Shown: in pieces, positions 34,773 through 35,017 of the stretch
Position numbering within the stretch: position 1 is the stretch's first letter
Layout: every line of letters begins with the position of its first letter
DNA from: Octopus bimaculoides
Taxonomy: Eukaryota
Assembly (NCBI RefSeq): GCF_001194135.2
Contig: NC_068986.1
Location: forward strand, 87,251,680 to 87,286,696
Length of the DNA stretch: 35,017 bases
Direction of reading: 5' to 3'
Made by a program: the position numbers and the translations under genes
Notes under the pieces: generated by a model
What the model saw: only the letters and a program-made list of their open reading frames with translations
The model's database searches: none
Told to the model about the DNA's origin: nothing

Positions 34773-35017
34773 CTGCAAAATATAAGAAAACAAAGTATAA
34801 ATATTGCATCAAAATATACAGATGTGTGGGTATGGATATACGAACGGATATTAAATATAGCATTTCTGAAATTATATAGTGTGATAGAAATTCACTAGAG
34901 TAATAGCATTATATCAGAAAATATGATTTATAAATATGCATGCATGAAAGCTGTGTCGCCACAATACCAAGTGCATTCTCAGCTAATGTAACTATAATAT
35001 ATATATATATATATATA
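34773..35017 (-). other. 3' end of the intron preceding the large spalt exon, with polypyrimidine tract and AG acceptor
   Basis: The minus strand reads ...tttgttttcttatattttgcag immediately before the first recognisable zinc-finger linker residues. Sequence beyond it is AT-rich and ends in (AT)n. Confidence 0.85.

Noticed and set aside
34773-34863. N-terminal 30 aa (MLYLISV...LYFA) of the 1504-aa ORF
   Set aside because: This is read-through into the intron: it covers the polypyrimidine tract and AG acceptor, and homology starts at G-E-R-P.
30661-34898. Plus-strand and alternate-frame ORFs overlapping spalt (e.g. 34007-34615, 202 aa; 32891-33310)
   Set aside because: Shadow ORFs caused by the low-complexity, stop-poor antisense of a real exon; no recognisable motifs.

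Overview
This is a gapped, AT- and microsatellite-rich eukaryotic scaffold with 16 N-gaps, most of them flanked by simple repeats. The SINE families and repeat density look like a coleoid cephalopod such as Octopus; that is inferred from recalled family resemblance, not from a search. The only supportable gene is a spalt/SALL zinc-finger transcription factor on the minus strand. Its large last coding exon (34772 to the stop at 30349, about 1473 aa, nine C2H2 fingers) lies in the window, and its 5' exons lie beyond the right edge. The ~30 kb downstream holds microsatellites, tRNA/CORE-type SINEs, decayed Tc1/mariner fragments and several locally templated rearrangements. I found no multi-gene novel system. 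The strongest leads are: (1) a 712-bp foldback element with 284-bp arms (10 mismatches, no indels) and an 8-bp mini-hairpin almost on its axis; (2) a spalt finger whose normally conserved SAL-box (FTTKGNLK) reads FSCKSALR, like a first finger; (3) a 202-bp templated insertion flanked by a 50-bp duplication; and (4) a cluster of micro-inversions and duplications at 9.9-11.9 kb.
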